A stretch of 64,000 nt of DNA from NCBI GenBank assembly GCA_964234715.1, contig OZ174276.1; one strand, 5' to 3'. This document shows, piece after piece, positions 1 through 26,111 of this stretch. Source of the stretch: Podarcis melisellensis. Its lineage: Eukaryota. The position numbers were made by a program, and so were the translations under genes. A model generated the notes under the pieces. That model had not been told where the DNA came from. It worked only from the letters and a program-made list of their open reading frames with translations, and made no database searches. Every line of letters begins with the position of its first letter. The stretch's first letter is position 1.

Positions 1-1053
1 ACTTACAATAGTCTAATTAAAGTAATTAAAAAGAAAGTTAGTCCTCCAAGCAAAAGCGACAGGGATGCTGCCAGGCAGCACACCAGAGCTAGTATTGTAC
101 AAGTTTTGCGAGACAGACTGCTAGTAGTAATGCCTCGGGTTCACAAAGTGAGTTTTAGACTTGCCACAAACACTTAAGGCTGGGCAGGCATGCTGACATA
201 GTTGTCCATAAGTTGGTGTTGCTTAGCACAGCAGCCAGATTTCTTTAGCTTGACTATACAGAGTGCATTAAGATCTTCCCTGCCTTTGATGTTGACTTTT
301 TGCACGTCTCAGTCACAACTGTCAGCGGTTAGATTCTATGATGCCACGAAAGATTGCCACAATAATCCAAGTGTATTGTTTAATGTTGTCTTTTTGCTGC
401 TGGTTTTTATTAGCAGTTGACTACCTAGAGGCTCACGGCAATTTCTGGAAAACTATGGAGTTGTCTTTATCCATCTCCTGGCTTCATTTCACATTGTACC
501 AAACCAGATCCTGTCCTGCCCATCTTGAGGTTGGAGTAGCCAAACAGAGTTTGAGAATGCGAACTAACAAAACTACCTAACAAATCTCCTTCTCCCCAGA
601 TTCAAGTACCAGTTGCAGTCTTGTTACCCAGGGCCATGATCCGGGGGTGCATTAACTGGAGTTATTTTTGTATGTTTCTTTTTAGCAGCTGTCACACTAA
701 GTCAGTCTTGCAGTTAGCAACTGCCTCTTGGTGAACACCCAAATGGCCAACTGCTCGCTAGCCATAGCATACTGCACAAGATCGCCACAGTTCTGTGCTT
801 AACACAAAGCCACCTGCTGGGAGCTGGATGTGTCCTTCTGCTCTCTAGCATTACAGACCCAGTGGCTCCAACACTAGAAGAGCAAGTACACATAACGTTC
901 AAAGGCTTCACATTGTGACATTTTGTTTTGCAGAAGTTACGCCACGAAGGTGACACACTTACTCTTCCCTTCCTAGTGTTAGGAAGCTGCTGGTGCTCCA
1001 GTTCTGCTTTGACAGGATTCTAGGTGATCTTGCAATTGGATATCTAGGAGCTC

Positions 1054-1231
1054 AGGAAGCTGCTATATACAGAAGCAGACCATTGTCCCACCCAGCCCAT
1101 TGTCCATACTGAGTGGCTCAGTTCTTCAGGGTTGCAGACAGCAGACACTTCCAGTCCCACCTGGAAATGTCAATGATTGAATCAGGGACCTTCTGCATGT
1201 AAACAGAAGCTCTACTACTGAGATACAATCC
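1054..1231 (-). mobile_element. Squam3-like tRNA-derived SINE
   Basis: Reverse strand reads CTCAGTAGTAGAGC...ATGCAGAAGGTCCC..TTCAATC head, then the Squam3-type body. Confidence 0.65.
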
Positions 1232-1235
1232 TTCT

Positions 1236-1614
1236 CAAAGTGTTGGTGCTGACCTTTAAAGCCCTAAATGGCCTTGGCCCAGTATATCTGAAGGAGAGTC
1301 TCCACCCCCATTGTTTAGCTTGGACTCCGAGGGACTTCTGACAGTTCCCTCACTGCGAGAAGTGAGGTTTCAGTGAACCAGGCAGAGCGCCTTCTCAGTA
1401 GTGGTGCCTGCTCTGTGGAATGCCCTCCCATCAGATGTCAAGGAAATCAACAACTATCTGACTGTTAGAAGGCATCTGAAGGCAGCCCTGTTTAGGGAAG
1501 TTTTTAATGTTTGAAGTTTTATTGTGTTTTTAATATTCTGTTGGGAACTGCTGTGATACCTCCCAGAGTGGCTGGGGAAACACAGCCAGATGGGTGGGGT
1601 ATAAATAACAAAAA

Positions 1615-1663
<49 letters not shown>
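1236..1663 (+). mobile_element. L2 LINE 3' end with (TTA)n tail
   Basis: Degenerate KVLVLTFKALNGLGPVYLKE...LWNALP, then 3'UTR and (TTA)n at about 1616-1663. Confidence 0.8.
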
Positions 1664-1664
<1 letters not shown>

Positions 1665-1713
1665 CCATAAGTAGCAGAAGACACAGGAAGCCAGAGCAAA
1701 CAGTGAAAGACTC

Positions 1714-2210
1714 CAGGGCTGCTTTTTCTTTTCTGGAAAAAGAGGTGCCAGAATTTATTGAGCTTTTTTTAAGGGAGATACCATCAAAAGTTGTTGAACT
1801 TCTCACACCAATCGCCTTGCTGCCTGCAGCCTCCATCACTCAACACTGGCACTCAGCCTCCAGTGACAGGTTGCCAGAACGCACCAAAGAAGTGCCAGAA
1901 TTCGGTTCTGGTGAGTTCTGGCTGAAAAAAAGCCCTGCCCACAGCAGTCACCTTTGTGTAGCCACCCACTTATGTGACTGTGGAAAAATATCCCCTCACC
2001 AGGTCCCCCGTTTGCAGCTCAGGGAAGAGGATAGTTAGCTGCCTTTCCTGTCACTCAGTAGAAAAGGATATCTTGGTAGTTTGCAGGGCTTTTTTTCATC
2101 TGGAACTCACCAGAACTCAGTTTCAGCCCCTCACAGTGCTGTTGCCATTATAAGAGAACGAGGGAGGCATTTGTGGTGAGTTTAGGCACCTCTTTTTCTA
2201 GTAAAATAGT
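1714..2210. mobile_element. Two adjacent hAT-like MITE remnants (CAGGGCT...AAAAAAAGCCCTG), about 1714-1937 and 2084-2210
   Basis: Terminal inverted repeats; the second copy is roughly the reverse complement of the first. Confidence 0.55.
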
Positions 2211-3400
2211 TGGTACTTTGGTACTAGTGCGGTGGTTCTCAAAGGGTGTGGCAGGAGAGGATGGCAAGTGTGGTGGGAAGATTCAAGGACAATCAAAGAA
2301 ACGTTCAAACATTTCAGTGTAGTATAGCATAAAAAAAAACAACCCCACAATTTTTAAACCATGGAATATGTAGCTGCATTGTTTTATATACTTTCCAGAT
2401 TTCTTCTTTTCATATTATAAAGTAGTTGTGTTCTGTGTTATAAATCAAGCATTTCTAGGAGTTGTTTCTTTTTGTTTTCTAATGTATTTCTTATCAGTAA
2501 AAAATTCATTGTGGCCCAGAGAATTTTTTTTGCAAACCTCTGTACTAGTAGATTTCTTTGGCAAGGACAAGAAAGGGTTTTGATGCAAGCTCACCTCGGG
2601 AGCGTGTGTGAGGAAGGATCAGGCCATTCTGCTGCCACCTCTGCTTGTCTAGGCTGCAATGAGATGATGGCATGCTGCTGACTTAGCTGCTGAGCAACTG
2701 AGAGGCGGTGACAGGGATAAGTCAAAATCCTTACTACCATCTTTACTGACACTCCTGACTACTGGAAAAAGTTAGTGCTCCCAGTGCTGCATGCAGAACA
2801 ACATCAATAAACTGCTGTATCCAGAAGTTGTAGTTTGAGGTGAGGAGGCTGAGGGTTAAGAAGAGTAGACACCTCTGCTTTCCCTTCCCATATGCATGTG
2901 GCCAACTCCCTTACATCAGTAGGCCATGTGTACTTAGGAGCCGAGTAGCAAAGTTGTAGAGTAAGATACATGCCCAGTTGCCAGAACACATTTGCTCTTT
3001 AGCATTGAGAGATTGTGCCCAACATTTTCTCTTCTCAGATTAAACGGCCACAGCAAGTAGCCTTTTAATGCACCGGAAGGGAGTTGGGGCAGAGCCAAAC
3101 TTCTAAACCACTTTCTAAATTCAGTTTCAAAGAGCAGGTCAGATGCAAGAATTCCTAGAAGGGGGACTAGCTCAGATATGCATGTACAAGTATCAGCAGC
3201 TCAGATACCAAGATGCTTCTGAAAGTTGTGGGAGTGTTTTGAAAGGCACAGCTCAGGTCCTCAGTTGATATACCAGCTGAAAGGGAGCCTCTCACACTTC
3301 TGGATTGAAGCCTAGGTTGGAAGAAATGACCCAGCCTTCACAATCAGTACAAATATCTCTTCTCTGTCTACACTAAACATTCCATAGCAAGGTCTTAGCC

Positions 3401-3534
3401 CAGGCATGGCCAAACTTGGTCCTCCAGCTGTTTTGGGACTACAGTTCCCATCATCCCTGACCACTGGTCCTGTTAGCTAGGGATGATGGGAGTTGTAGTC
3501 CCAAAACAGCTGGAGGACCAAGTTTGGCCATGCC
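3401..3534. mobile_element. Palindromic hAT MITE, about 136 bp
   Basis: Near-perfect hairpin; 8-bp TSD TCTTAGCC (3393-3400 and 3535-3542). Confidence 0.85.
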
Positions 3535-6332
3535 TCTTAGCCTTTTGGTCTTTACATTACTCCCATTCATTTCTCTTTAAAAAAAAATCTGTTGATTGCT
3601 CACTTGTTTCAGAGGTCCTTTTGCAAAAAGGTGTGCAGCAAGATACTAGTAAGCTTTATTAGTTATCATTTCAGCGACAAGGCTGAAATGGACTGGTTAC
3701 AAGCATTCTCCCAAAAGGGAGCTTTTATAGGATGTTCCTTCCTCCCCACCCCCAAGTTAGTCCTTGCTTTGAGAGGGTACCAAGAGAGCAGTTTAGGGAC
3801 AGAGAGCCAAAAAGGGAGAGACTTGAATAGTGGCATTGGGAACAAACCAGTGAGTGCTGATTTGTTATCTATGTTTGGACTGCTTGGATATTACACAGCA
3901 GGACTGGGACATATTATTTGTTAAATACAAGCTGGATTTCTTCCTGCATCTAACTCTTATCCTCTGTTTAGGCATTCCATACACTATGCTCAAATAAAGG
4001 CAAAAAGCTTACCTACTTCAGCAGCAAGCCACCCACCAGCTTGAGAGTCAGTTGGTCAGATTTTTAAAAACACACAACCATCACCATCCCAATATTTAGA
4101 CATTATATAACAGCAGTTGCCTGTGTGCCTATTGCTCTGACCCAAACAGATAGATATTGTTCTGTGGTATAAGAAGGTAGGCTTTGCTCCTGTTTTTTGA
4201 AAACATATACTCTGCTTCCAGGCAAGAGCTCTTCAAGACATCACAATAAAAACTACAATATTTTTAAAACAATCAAATAATTAATTGTGCAGGGAGGTAA
4301 TCTGCCTTATTAACTTCTGTTTCTACAGTCACTCCACACTTCTTTCACTGTTCTGTTTAGAGCTGTCAGCTAAACCAAAATGAATTTGGTGTGTCTGCTG
4401 TTTAACAACTTACATTTACACCAATTTGCATATTACTAAAACTGCAACAGAACTGCTTTTTTGAGACCTCACCATGCAAAATATCCTACCATTTATTTCC
4501 TCGCTATACATTGGAACCCAAATGCCAAACTTGCTTTTAAATCACAGCCCTACCAATTAAAACTTTCCCTTCATTAAAGTGGCTAAAGGTTTGGGCAATT
4601 GATTTATAGATTTAAAAGTTGTTGCCCTAATTCAAACAGATAGCTTTCTATCTTGGAGTTTACCATAAGCCCTCACCCCTCTTTTCAGTTCCTCATTTTT
4701 CAAAGAGCAAATAAATCATCTATATTGAGGGCAGTGCTGGACTCACAGAAGTGACTTTAAAAGAGAGCTTCTAATAGGATATCTGCAGGTGAGGAGGGGA
4801 ATCACAATTAGTTCCGGCTTTAAGAAATGGAAAGATGAGATGCAGCTTATGTATCTCATCTTGAACAAGTGACTCTTCCAACAAGAAAGTCCCTCCTCTC
4901 TGGGAAAACGAGTCCCTTCCTAGTCAACCAAGGCTCCCTGGGGTAGCACATTTGAATATAAAAATATACTAACCAAGATGACCACAGTACAAGAAGATTT
5001 CAGTTACTAGCTGTGAGCGCACAAGGAAAATTTAATTTTGAAGCCTATAGGAAATGTATATCTAAAAACAGAAGTCAGAACTACCTGTGTTATTCAGACA
5101 CTTTCACTCTCCAATTACCTGAAGAGGATTCTCTAGGGACTCACCTGCTTAATATAGTCCTGAATGTTAGCAGGAAGAACAGCATAGGCTGGAACATGCT
5201 ATAGTCTGGGTACGCTTAGAACTACATTTGTTTGAGCCATTTTCTAGTTAAGAAGCCTCATAGTAGACAGAGGGGAATCACAGAAACATCTAAAATTTGA
5301 AACTATGGGGAGGGTGGTAGTGGTGTTACCATTCAGCCAATCAGAAAGCACCCACCCTCTGTTTTTCCCTTCAGTATTATCCTAAAAGATGTCTGTCTGT
5401 TTCCCTTATAAAGCACCTGAGGATCTACTACGCATGCTCAGTAGTGTAATTGTTTGCTGGTTGGATGCATGACCAAGGAGTGGGTGGAATTGAAACTATA
5501 AATACAACACTTCCTGGTTGGGGTTGGGGTTTTTATATGGTCCAATTAGTTTGGTATGTTATGGGGAAATGTGTTAACTAATGATTGCGTGGATTATTTT
5601 CTCTTAAACACTTTTCCTTCCTGTAGTTTTCTGAAAGTGCTTCTCCCCCTCCCCTAACATTTTTGGAAATACTTCTTTTCTGTTTTAACTTTAAAGCTGG
5701 TAAAAATAAGTCAAGGTGTGTCTTTACAAATGTGGTTCTCCTTATCGCGGAGGGCATCTCCTTTTCATACGTTGTTCAGGTAAAACTTAGCAGTCCCAAA
5801 CCAAACAAGTTTTATAGTGGTATCTCGATATTGTAGTTGTTGTAGGTGCGTGATGTTTTAATAAAAACGCTTCCCTTAGGGTTGCCTTGATTCCCTGTTA
5901 AAAATGTTTGTGGGTAGCTTTGCACTCTGGTTATTTTTCTAGCTGTCACATTGTAAATTGGAGGCCTGCCTCAGAGTAGGCCAGGTCATTCCAAGGTAGC
6001 TATATCATATTGCTCAACCCTTAATGTGCCACATGGTGCAGGTAGGGTTGGAATCCTTTGCAGAAGCTCTTGCCAGAAAGTTTGAGGTAATGTGTGTGGA
6101 CTTTAAGTCAAAAATCTTGTTAGTGCAGCCTCACTCAGACTGGTGGCCCCCAGATTTTTGGACTGCAGCTCCTATCATCCCTGATGATTACTCATTCTGG
6201 TTGGGGTTTGATGGGAATTATGCTTCAAACATCTGGAGCAGGGGCAGGGAATTAGATCTGGCTGACAGGCCTGATCTTTACCTCCCTCACCCCATGACCC
6301 AGCTTTGACAGGTGAATATGGCTGCCAAATGT

Positions 6333-6634
6333 CAAGGTAAAGGACCCTTGGACAGTTAAGTCCAGTCAAAAGTGACTCTGGGGTTGCGGCACTCATCTCG
6401 CTTTCAGGCTGTGGCAGCCGGTGTTTGTCCACAGACAGCTTTCCGGGTCATGTGGCCAGCATGACTAAACCGCTTCTGGCGCAATGGAACACCGTGACGG
6501 AAACCAGAGCGCATGGAAACACCATTTACCTTCCCGCCGCAGCAGTATCTATTTAGCTACTTGCACTCGTGTGCTTTCAAACTGCTAGGTAGGCAGGAGC
6601 TGGGACAGAGCAACGGGAGCTCACCCCGTTGCCC
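6333..6634 (-). mobile_element. Sauria SINE, 5'-truncated
   Basis: AAGGTAAAGG (reverse of the ACCTTT tail), TTCCGGGTCATGTGGCCAGCATGACT core, GGGAGCTCACCCCG. Confidence 0.88.
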
Positions 6635-6964
6635 AGATTAGCTGCTCAGTGGTTACAGCAAGCCTCTTTGAAGTCCGTTTCCATGTGTGGTTTGAATCAA
6701 AGTGATGCCTGCGAATGGAAAAATTCAATGGCATTCGTGGGTCAGTACTGTCAGCAAGCCTTGCTTACCAAGGCACAATTGGGAGCACCCTTTAAGTTCC
6801 AGATTGTTCATTAGCTGTTGAGGTTTTACCTGGCCCACAACTGATGTCATATATGATGTTAGGTGGGTGTGGTTTGGGGAAAACTGCCTCACAAGCCAAA
6901 CTAGAAACCCTGCCAGGCTTGCTTAGTGCTTGCAGACCAAAGGTTCTCCACTACTGGTCTAGAG

Positions 6965-7100
6965 CAGCCTTTCACAACCTTGAGTCACCATATGTTGTAA
7001 GACTACAGCTCCCATCACCCCTAGCTAGCAGGACCAGTGGTCAGGGATGATGGGAGTTGTAGTCCAACAACATATGGCGACCCAAGGTTGAGAAAGGCTG
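6965..7100. mobile_element. Palindromic hAT MITE, 136 bp
   Basis: TIR CAGCCTTTC/GAAAGGCTG; perfect 8-bp TSD GTCTAGAG. Confidence 0.9.
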
Positions 7101-9937
7101 GTCTAGAGGTTAATACGTTGTAGATGAAATTTTAAGCCTAGAATAGTATTAGTGGGCCTGCAATCTTATGCACACGTACATGGGAGTAAGCTCCATTGAA
7201 CTCAGTGGGTCTTCTAAATACTTGTATATAGTACTGCATATGATATTGGACAGCAGCATGGTAGTTGTTGACTAAAAATGTCTGGAGCAGGAACAGGAAA
7301 GATTCCTGGGTTCCTTCTCTGGATTCCTTCCTCTGCTCCCCTTGTGTGCTGTACTGATCCACCCCCAGATTCAATTTTGGGGCTTGGGAAAGTGAGAAAG
7401 GCATTGTGCTAGTGGAAGTCCTTGCATAGGCTTCCACTAGCAAGACTCAGTTGAACCCCACCTTTAGCCTCTCGTATTCCTGGTAATACCATTATCAAAC
7501 TGAAACAGTAGCATGCTGCGATAGCATTTAATGCATGGTCTGAAAGAGAGACACTTGTAGATCAACCTAATTAGTAAAAAAGAAATAAAATTGTTTGTGA
7601 TTGTTTTCAGCATGAGTAAATCTTGTCTTCCCTACTCTTTGATTAGTAACATAAGAAACTGCCTTTTTCTGACTTGGCCTATTGGTTCATCTCTCAGTAT
7701 TTTCTACAGAGACTTGCAGTAGCTTTCCGGGGTTTCAGTGATAGGGTCCCCTCCACCAGCAAATGATCAAATTGTGCATGGTAGTTAAATATACGACATC
7801 ACTTCATTTAGCCAGGTTGAACTGGTCTAGTGTGGAAGCAAGTACCCCGTTTTGATGTAGCCAAGCTATCGTCAGCTTTTCAGGGCAATAGGAGCAGAGA
7901 TGACTGCTTAACAGAACAAGAAACTTGTCTTCTCTGACAATGCAGGGCACATGCTGCTTAGCCTATGATCTGCAGGATGAGCATGACCTTAGTGGGCTTT
8001 TGTTAGTGAGTCATATCCTGGAGTGTGGTGTCAGTCACAGCGAGGTCAGCTTTCAAACCTCCTATTAGCAATAAAGAATATCTACCACTGTGGCATTTCC
8101 CACATGCCTTAAGAAATATGGATTAAATATCTGATGTCTGATCCATAGACCATAGTTCTTAAACATGCCACTCTCCCTTTCTGCCCTCAGCAACTGTAAG
8201 GTACACAAGACTGCTGGAGAGCATGTCTAGTCAGATGAGCAGTGATTTGATTCTGGGGTGGGGACCAGATGTATGTCACCTTTGTGGCGAGCTTTCAGGG
8301 AAAGAGCACTCACTGTGGAGGGGGTCAAACAACTCATTCATACAAAGAATGCATGAGGGGGGTCACAGTGCTATGTGTGTTACACCTCCCCCTCCCTCGC
8401 TGGTGTGTCCAGAAGGTGGCCTGCCCCACTTCTCAAGTCTTCTATACATGTGAAAAGAGATTGACTCAGAATTCCCACTCATCTGAAGTAGTTCTACCTG
8501 TGTACACACTATGTGTACTGTCTCTTTAAATGCCTGTCATTTGTCCAGCCAGTGATGGCTGCAGGCTGGTGGACAGGACCCTGCTTTCTTCCTCAGAGCT
8601 TGAGAGTTTTACTTTTGAATGACTCTTAATGTATTGTGCCTTACATACAGACTTCTCTTCAAGATCCATCTCTGGGAGACCAGCTTAACCTGTTTCTGCA
8701 GAAGCTGGCCACGGAGATTGATTGACTGATTCCTATGATAGCACTGCCATTTCTTTCATTCACCCTTCAGTTTTCTTTTTTTTTAAAAAAACCCCAAAAT
8801 GAATAGAATAGAATAAATAAATAAGGAATTGATTGTTTTTATTCAGATTGGGCTCTGAGTAAGCATTCAAGTGACCGGACATAGTTAAGCTATAGTTTTT
8901 TTAAAAAAATATTTAAAAGGCAGGCTGCCTGCCCGAAATGGGGAAGGGGTCAAAATGGAGTAGTCAATCAGAACTGAATTCACTGGTAAATGCATGTTGA
9001 AAGGGTTGCAAAGGGGTGGTTCAAGCCATGTGGAAACGAGCAGCTTGCCCTGATTTTGAAGTATGTCTGCACACAGCCTGGGTTTCCCATACTTAAGAGA
9101 ACTTTCTACCTACATATATTTCACGCGACCTCTGCCACCACGATGGGGAAACTCAGGAGTCAGTATTTGCTCAAGGTGATGCATTTTTGACATAGGGTGC
9201 AATTTTCATGCGGGGACTCTTTTTAAACAAGTGACTTCCTATGTGGAATAGCCCTGCAGGAGAATTAATCTGCACCAGACAGTTCATATCTGGATCAGAC
9301 GCAAGACAAAACAAAGAGATAAGTGTTTGGCTGGTAATGTTCTCATCCGAAACCTCAGAAGAGGCATAATGTTTAGAATTCAGGAGTGAGGAATCCTTGG
9401 TTCTCTAGAGTTGGAGTGCAACATTATTTGGAGGTCCACATGTTCCCCATCCCTGAGTTAAATTGACATGATGGGGCAGAGCCACGTAGGCTCCCAGTGT
9501 GTTTTGACAGAGCAGCATGTTCACTAAAATGAGGGTGGAGGCAGTGGCGGAGCTTCATACTCTGGCACCAGGGGGCGGGGCAGAGAGCAGACAGGGGTGG
9601 GGCTGCCGGGATTGCACTGCTGGGATGGGGTGCTCCCCCCACACTCCCCTTCCTCCGCCAGTGGGTGGAGGACACTGCTGGATGGGTGTAAAGTATTGCC
9701 AGTGGGCAAAAGAGGGGGAAAAGGAAGGACACTCACACACTTGCCTGTAGACTACTGATCAGAAGGAAGCAAGGAATGAGAGGGCAATACCTCCTAACTC
9801 AACCTCAGCACTCAAAATGAAGGCTGGATAGGATGAGAGAGAAGCTCTTGCTTCTTTAGGAAGGCCTACTTAAGTTTGTAGCACTATCATGGTTGTGGCA
9901 CTTGTGGCTGGAAGCTGAAGCAGGGATAGGTGAGGGT

Positions 9938-10483
9938 CAGGGCTGGCTCAAGACATTTTGCTGCCTGAGACGGAGGACCAGCTGGTGCCCTCCCCCAACC
10001 AACCAACCAACCAGTCAGTCAGTCAGTCAGTCAGTCATTTTATTCATATTCCACCTTTCCAAGGTTAAAACCATGCTCAAGGTGGCTTACAATTTATTTT
10101 AAAAATGACGTAACTACAAATGCAATGCAAGTAATCCTAAATAATAAACAAAATGTCAAGAAGTTCACAACCAAATTGAACAATTTACACATAAATCATA
10201 AGATACAAAATATAAGATACAAGACGGTAACAACAACAACAGAAAAAAAACAACCAACAAAACCCCCTAAACTATGCCCCAGCTCCAAGGAACATACAGA
10301 AGCCAATTGGACTGGCATTTGAAATTACTCCAATACTGATGGACAGGATCTTCCACTGAACTTGAGGGCAGCAGGCTAGCAGGATGGGCCACATGGCACA
10401 CACAGCTCTGCCCACTCCCTGTACCTCAGTATCTGCCGCCTGAGGCAGTTGCCTCTCTCTGCCTCATTGCAGGGCTGGCCCTG
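9938..10483. mobile_element. hAT non-autonomous element with a nested microsatellite and inverted LINE tail
   Basis: Ends CAGGGCTGGC...GGCTGGCCCTG; perfect 8-bp TSD GTGAGGGT (9930-9937 and 10484-10491). Confidence 0.75.
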
Positions 10484-13400
10484 GTGAGGGTTGCTGTAGG
10501 TGTGTGAAGTAGATGTGGTGGTAGGGAGCTTATGACAAACTCAGGGACGTGTTTGCTAAGTCCAGGAGCAGCAGCAACAGGCGAAATGGATACATTTCAG
10601 GGATCCCGGTAATAGATACTGCTTAAGCAGTAGATATATTTTTCATTACGGTGTGGGTTGGATAGCTGAAAGTAAAGACCTTTGTTTGCATTTGCTCTAA
10701 GTGACATCAGGAGTTGTGGAAAGAAGTGCTGCTTCTTATACCCAAGGAGTTACTACTTCCATCAACAATACTGAAATTTGTTCCAGAAAGTTTGGAATTT
10801 CCAAACAGGCATAACAAGGATTGGAGTCCTGTGTTCTGAATCTGTCTCTGGCTGTGTCAGTCCTCCTTTTGAGAACCTCACTCCTTGATAGGGATTTCCA
10901 GGGAACAAAGGTGTGGTGAGAAGAGGCTTGCCTAGGGAACAAAGATGAGTGTGTTTTAAGGAGATGTTTGTCTGCCTTGCAGTGTTTAATTTAGGAGGTG
11001 AAATCAACATCTGATGATTGCCAGTGATAGGTGCATATTCTAGGATTAAAAACAACAACACTCATTTAAGAGAAGAGTTAAGGCATTTTTGAATTCACTC
11101 AGGCACCAAAAAGCATGGAAACAGTAAGTTAAGGCAACAGCCTTAGCTTCTCTGCCATGGAAGTGGTAAAAACCTATGTATTGCCTTAGCCTTTGCCAAC
11201 CCAATGCCTTCCAGATGTTTTGGATGGTGACTGGCTGAAGTTGATGGGAGCTGCAGTCTAAAACATAGGTAAGCACAGTCTGATCTATATGCTGTGCCCA
11301 TTTACAACTTAGCGTCTGTGCACACAAATTTTACCTTGGTTTTTCATCCCAAATCCTCTATTTATATCGGTTGGGAGAACTCTGAAGCTGGGAAGCTGGT
11401 CTTTAGTTAGATATATAGTTTTACATTCTAAGGTTTGTATCCAAGAAATCAATGTGCAAGCAGAACAGATTTGGTAAAGACAATGAAATTCCTCCCCCCC
11501 CTTTCTTCCCACCCCCGACTGTCAGTCCCTAAATCGGTTCTGGTTCTTCCCTCCAACTTTCCAGCACAGATTTGGAGGAGAGTAGAGGAGAGGTTCCAGT
11601 GCACTTGCAGAAGTCATTCCATGCATGTAATGATTTAGTTGGATATAACCCTAAACTTTTGATTTGCTTACCTTAAGCTGTAAAGTACAAACTGTACATG
11701 TTGAACTGAAAGCAAAACCTGCAGAGTAGCTATCAAAACTGATCAGGATATCAGACTTGCACTTTTGCTTTGCTCTTCTTCTGAATTCTAAAGACTTACA
11801 AAGCAATCCAAAGTGAGTGGGAGAGAGAAGATCAAAGGTGAAGGAACCACTGGGCTTCTACCAGCAGAATGGAAGGGGTGGGGGCTGTGATCTAAGCTCC
11901 AGGCGTGCAGTCTAATGGAGTTGGGGCACCTTTTCTCTTGATATACACACACACATGCACATATCTGCTGGAGCACGTAATAATCAAACTTTCATAGCAA
12001 CACACCACTCACAGGAATAAGCAGGAGCATGCCATGGGTAGGCATGTGCAAGGGCATGCCATATGCAGGCATGCACAAACAGATGCAGTAGCCCATTGCA
12101 CAAGCAGCACACCACTTTTGAACATGCACAGCAGCACAATGTCGCACGCAGAGCAGCTAGAAATGCACACTGCTCCAACCTGTTCCCTCTGGCAGCAACC
12201 CTTTTCCTTTGGGTTTGCAGGTTCAACCGGGGGAACTTCAGTCTGCCCAACAGATCTATTTTGTCATACTTGCCCTTAGTTAAATTGTTTATTTAAAACG
12301 GGAACTTTGAACTGTCATAACTTTAGGAATACTTAACAGACTTTCACCAAAACAGCAATTTGGTTTTCTCGCTTACGTGAAAGGGGAAATTTCTAGGTAT
12401 GTTTTGAGAAAAGGGGTGTGCAAAAACAGGACACAATTAAACTGCTATCACACATTGGCATTCTTAGATTTCCAGTGCCAGATTTCCTCTTGATAAGATA
12501 GTTTGTCTTCATTCTGATGAATAGCATTTTCTGGTTTTATGATGAAAGAATGCAGAAAAAGTAGAGCCATGGGATTGGTAATTAATATTCTCTCACATAC
12601 GTTGACAAGTTGTTGCTGATTGGACTCACCCCCTCAAGGGTGTGTCTGATTTTCTGGGCATGCTCTGAGGCTGCCAGCCCACATCCTGCTGTGGAACTAC
12701 TCCTTTGTCACTTTCCTCCGTCACCCCTGCCCCCGAGCACACCTGTTCCTGCGGTGATTGTGAGAAGGGAAGGTCGGTTCTCCTTCTGTCTCCTCCTCGT
12801 GCTGCACCCTTTGCCCCTTTGGGCTTTGTCTCACCTTGAGTCTGAGAACGACCATCTGCTTTGCAGCAGCAGCAGTCAGATGCACGGCCCATTGTCCCGG
12901 GCTCCTCAGTCGGTGGGGAAACAATGCGACCCTGCCCCTAACCCTTCATGCCTGTCACCATCTCTAAGCAGTGCCGAGGCCGATTTGTCGCCTGGCTTCC
13001 GCCCCGGAGCCAGACAGGAAGCTGAAGGCCTTGTGTGGGAAGAATGAAAGGAGCAGCCAGGAGAAGGTTTCTGCCTTACGTGTTGCAGCTGTTCCTCCGT
13101 CTTCAGCTGCACAGGGGCAAGGGGGAGCAGGCTGCCTGTCTTCTGGGCCCAGAGGGCCTTGGGATAGTGCTGGAAGCATTGGGTGGGGGAAGCAGCGTCC
13201 TGTGCTGAGGCAGGAGTTGTGAGCTGGGGGACAACTGCGGGTGGGAGAATAAAAGGGACAGAGAGAACTGGGATACAAATCAGGCACCTTTGTGGCTCTC
13301 ACACAGAAACACACACCCTTCTGCCATCACAGACTGTTCATTCCCTCTCCTCCTGCCCCGGATCTGCCACTCTGCTGGTGTGCTTAGTTCTGAGGTCGCT

Positions 13401-13641
13401 TAGTGTGAACAGTATTGTACTAATAGCAGAGTTAGGCAGGAAGCACTAGAAAATCTTTTCTGGGAGCATCCAGCTGCCGGCTGTCTGGATGGCCTGTTTG
13501 CCCACAGGTTTGCAAGAGCTCTGTGGGAAAGCCATGACATGACAAAAGGTATTGCCCCAATCCGGATTTGGGGATTTTCCTAAGCATATCCTGTCGTCAT
13601 AGCACATGGCCCAGTGCTCCCCAAGCTCGTGTTCCCCGTGA

Positions 13642-25830
<12,189 letters not shown>

Positions 25831-26111
25831 GGTGTGCGGTGCACCCCTGGTATATGTGCAGGGCCCCACACCTCGCCTTTCCTCCCCCAAACCCATAGAC
25901 AGACACTTGGCCTCACCAACCCTTGCTCTTCCCCCCTCTCCCCTCCCCCTGGGGCTCCTATTCCTAGCCTATAGGCAAGGCCTGGACAGCCCTTGCGTCC
26001 CTCACCTCGTAAGTGTTCGACGTTCGGGGAGATGCTGACTGAGCCGCCCCAAGCCCAGGGGCAGTCTTGATCGGCCAAGGCCCAGCGTGGCACAGGGACC
26101 AGGCTGCACCC

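Noticed and set aside
1511-2038. 175-aa ORF with poly-Leu (and antisense poly-Asn ORF)
   Set aside because: It is a translation of the L2 (TTA)n tail and the adjacent MITE.
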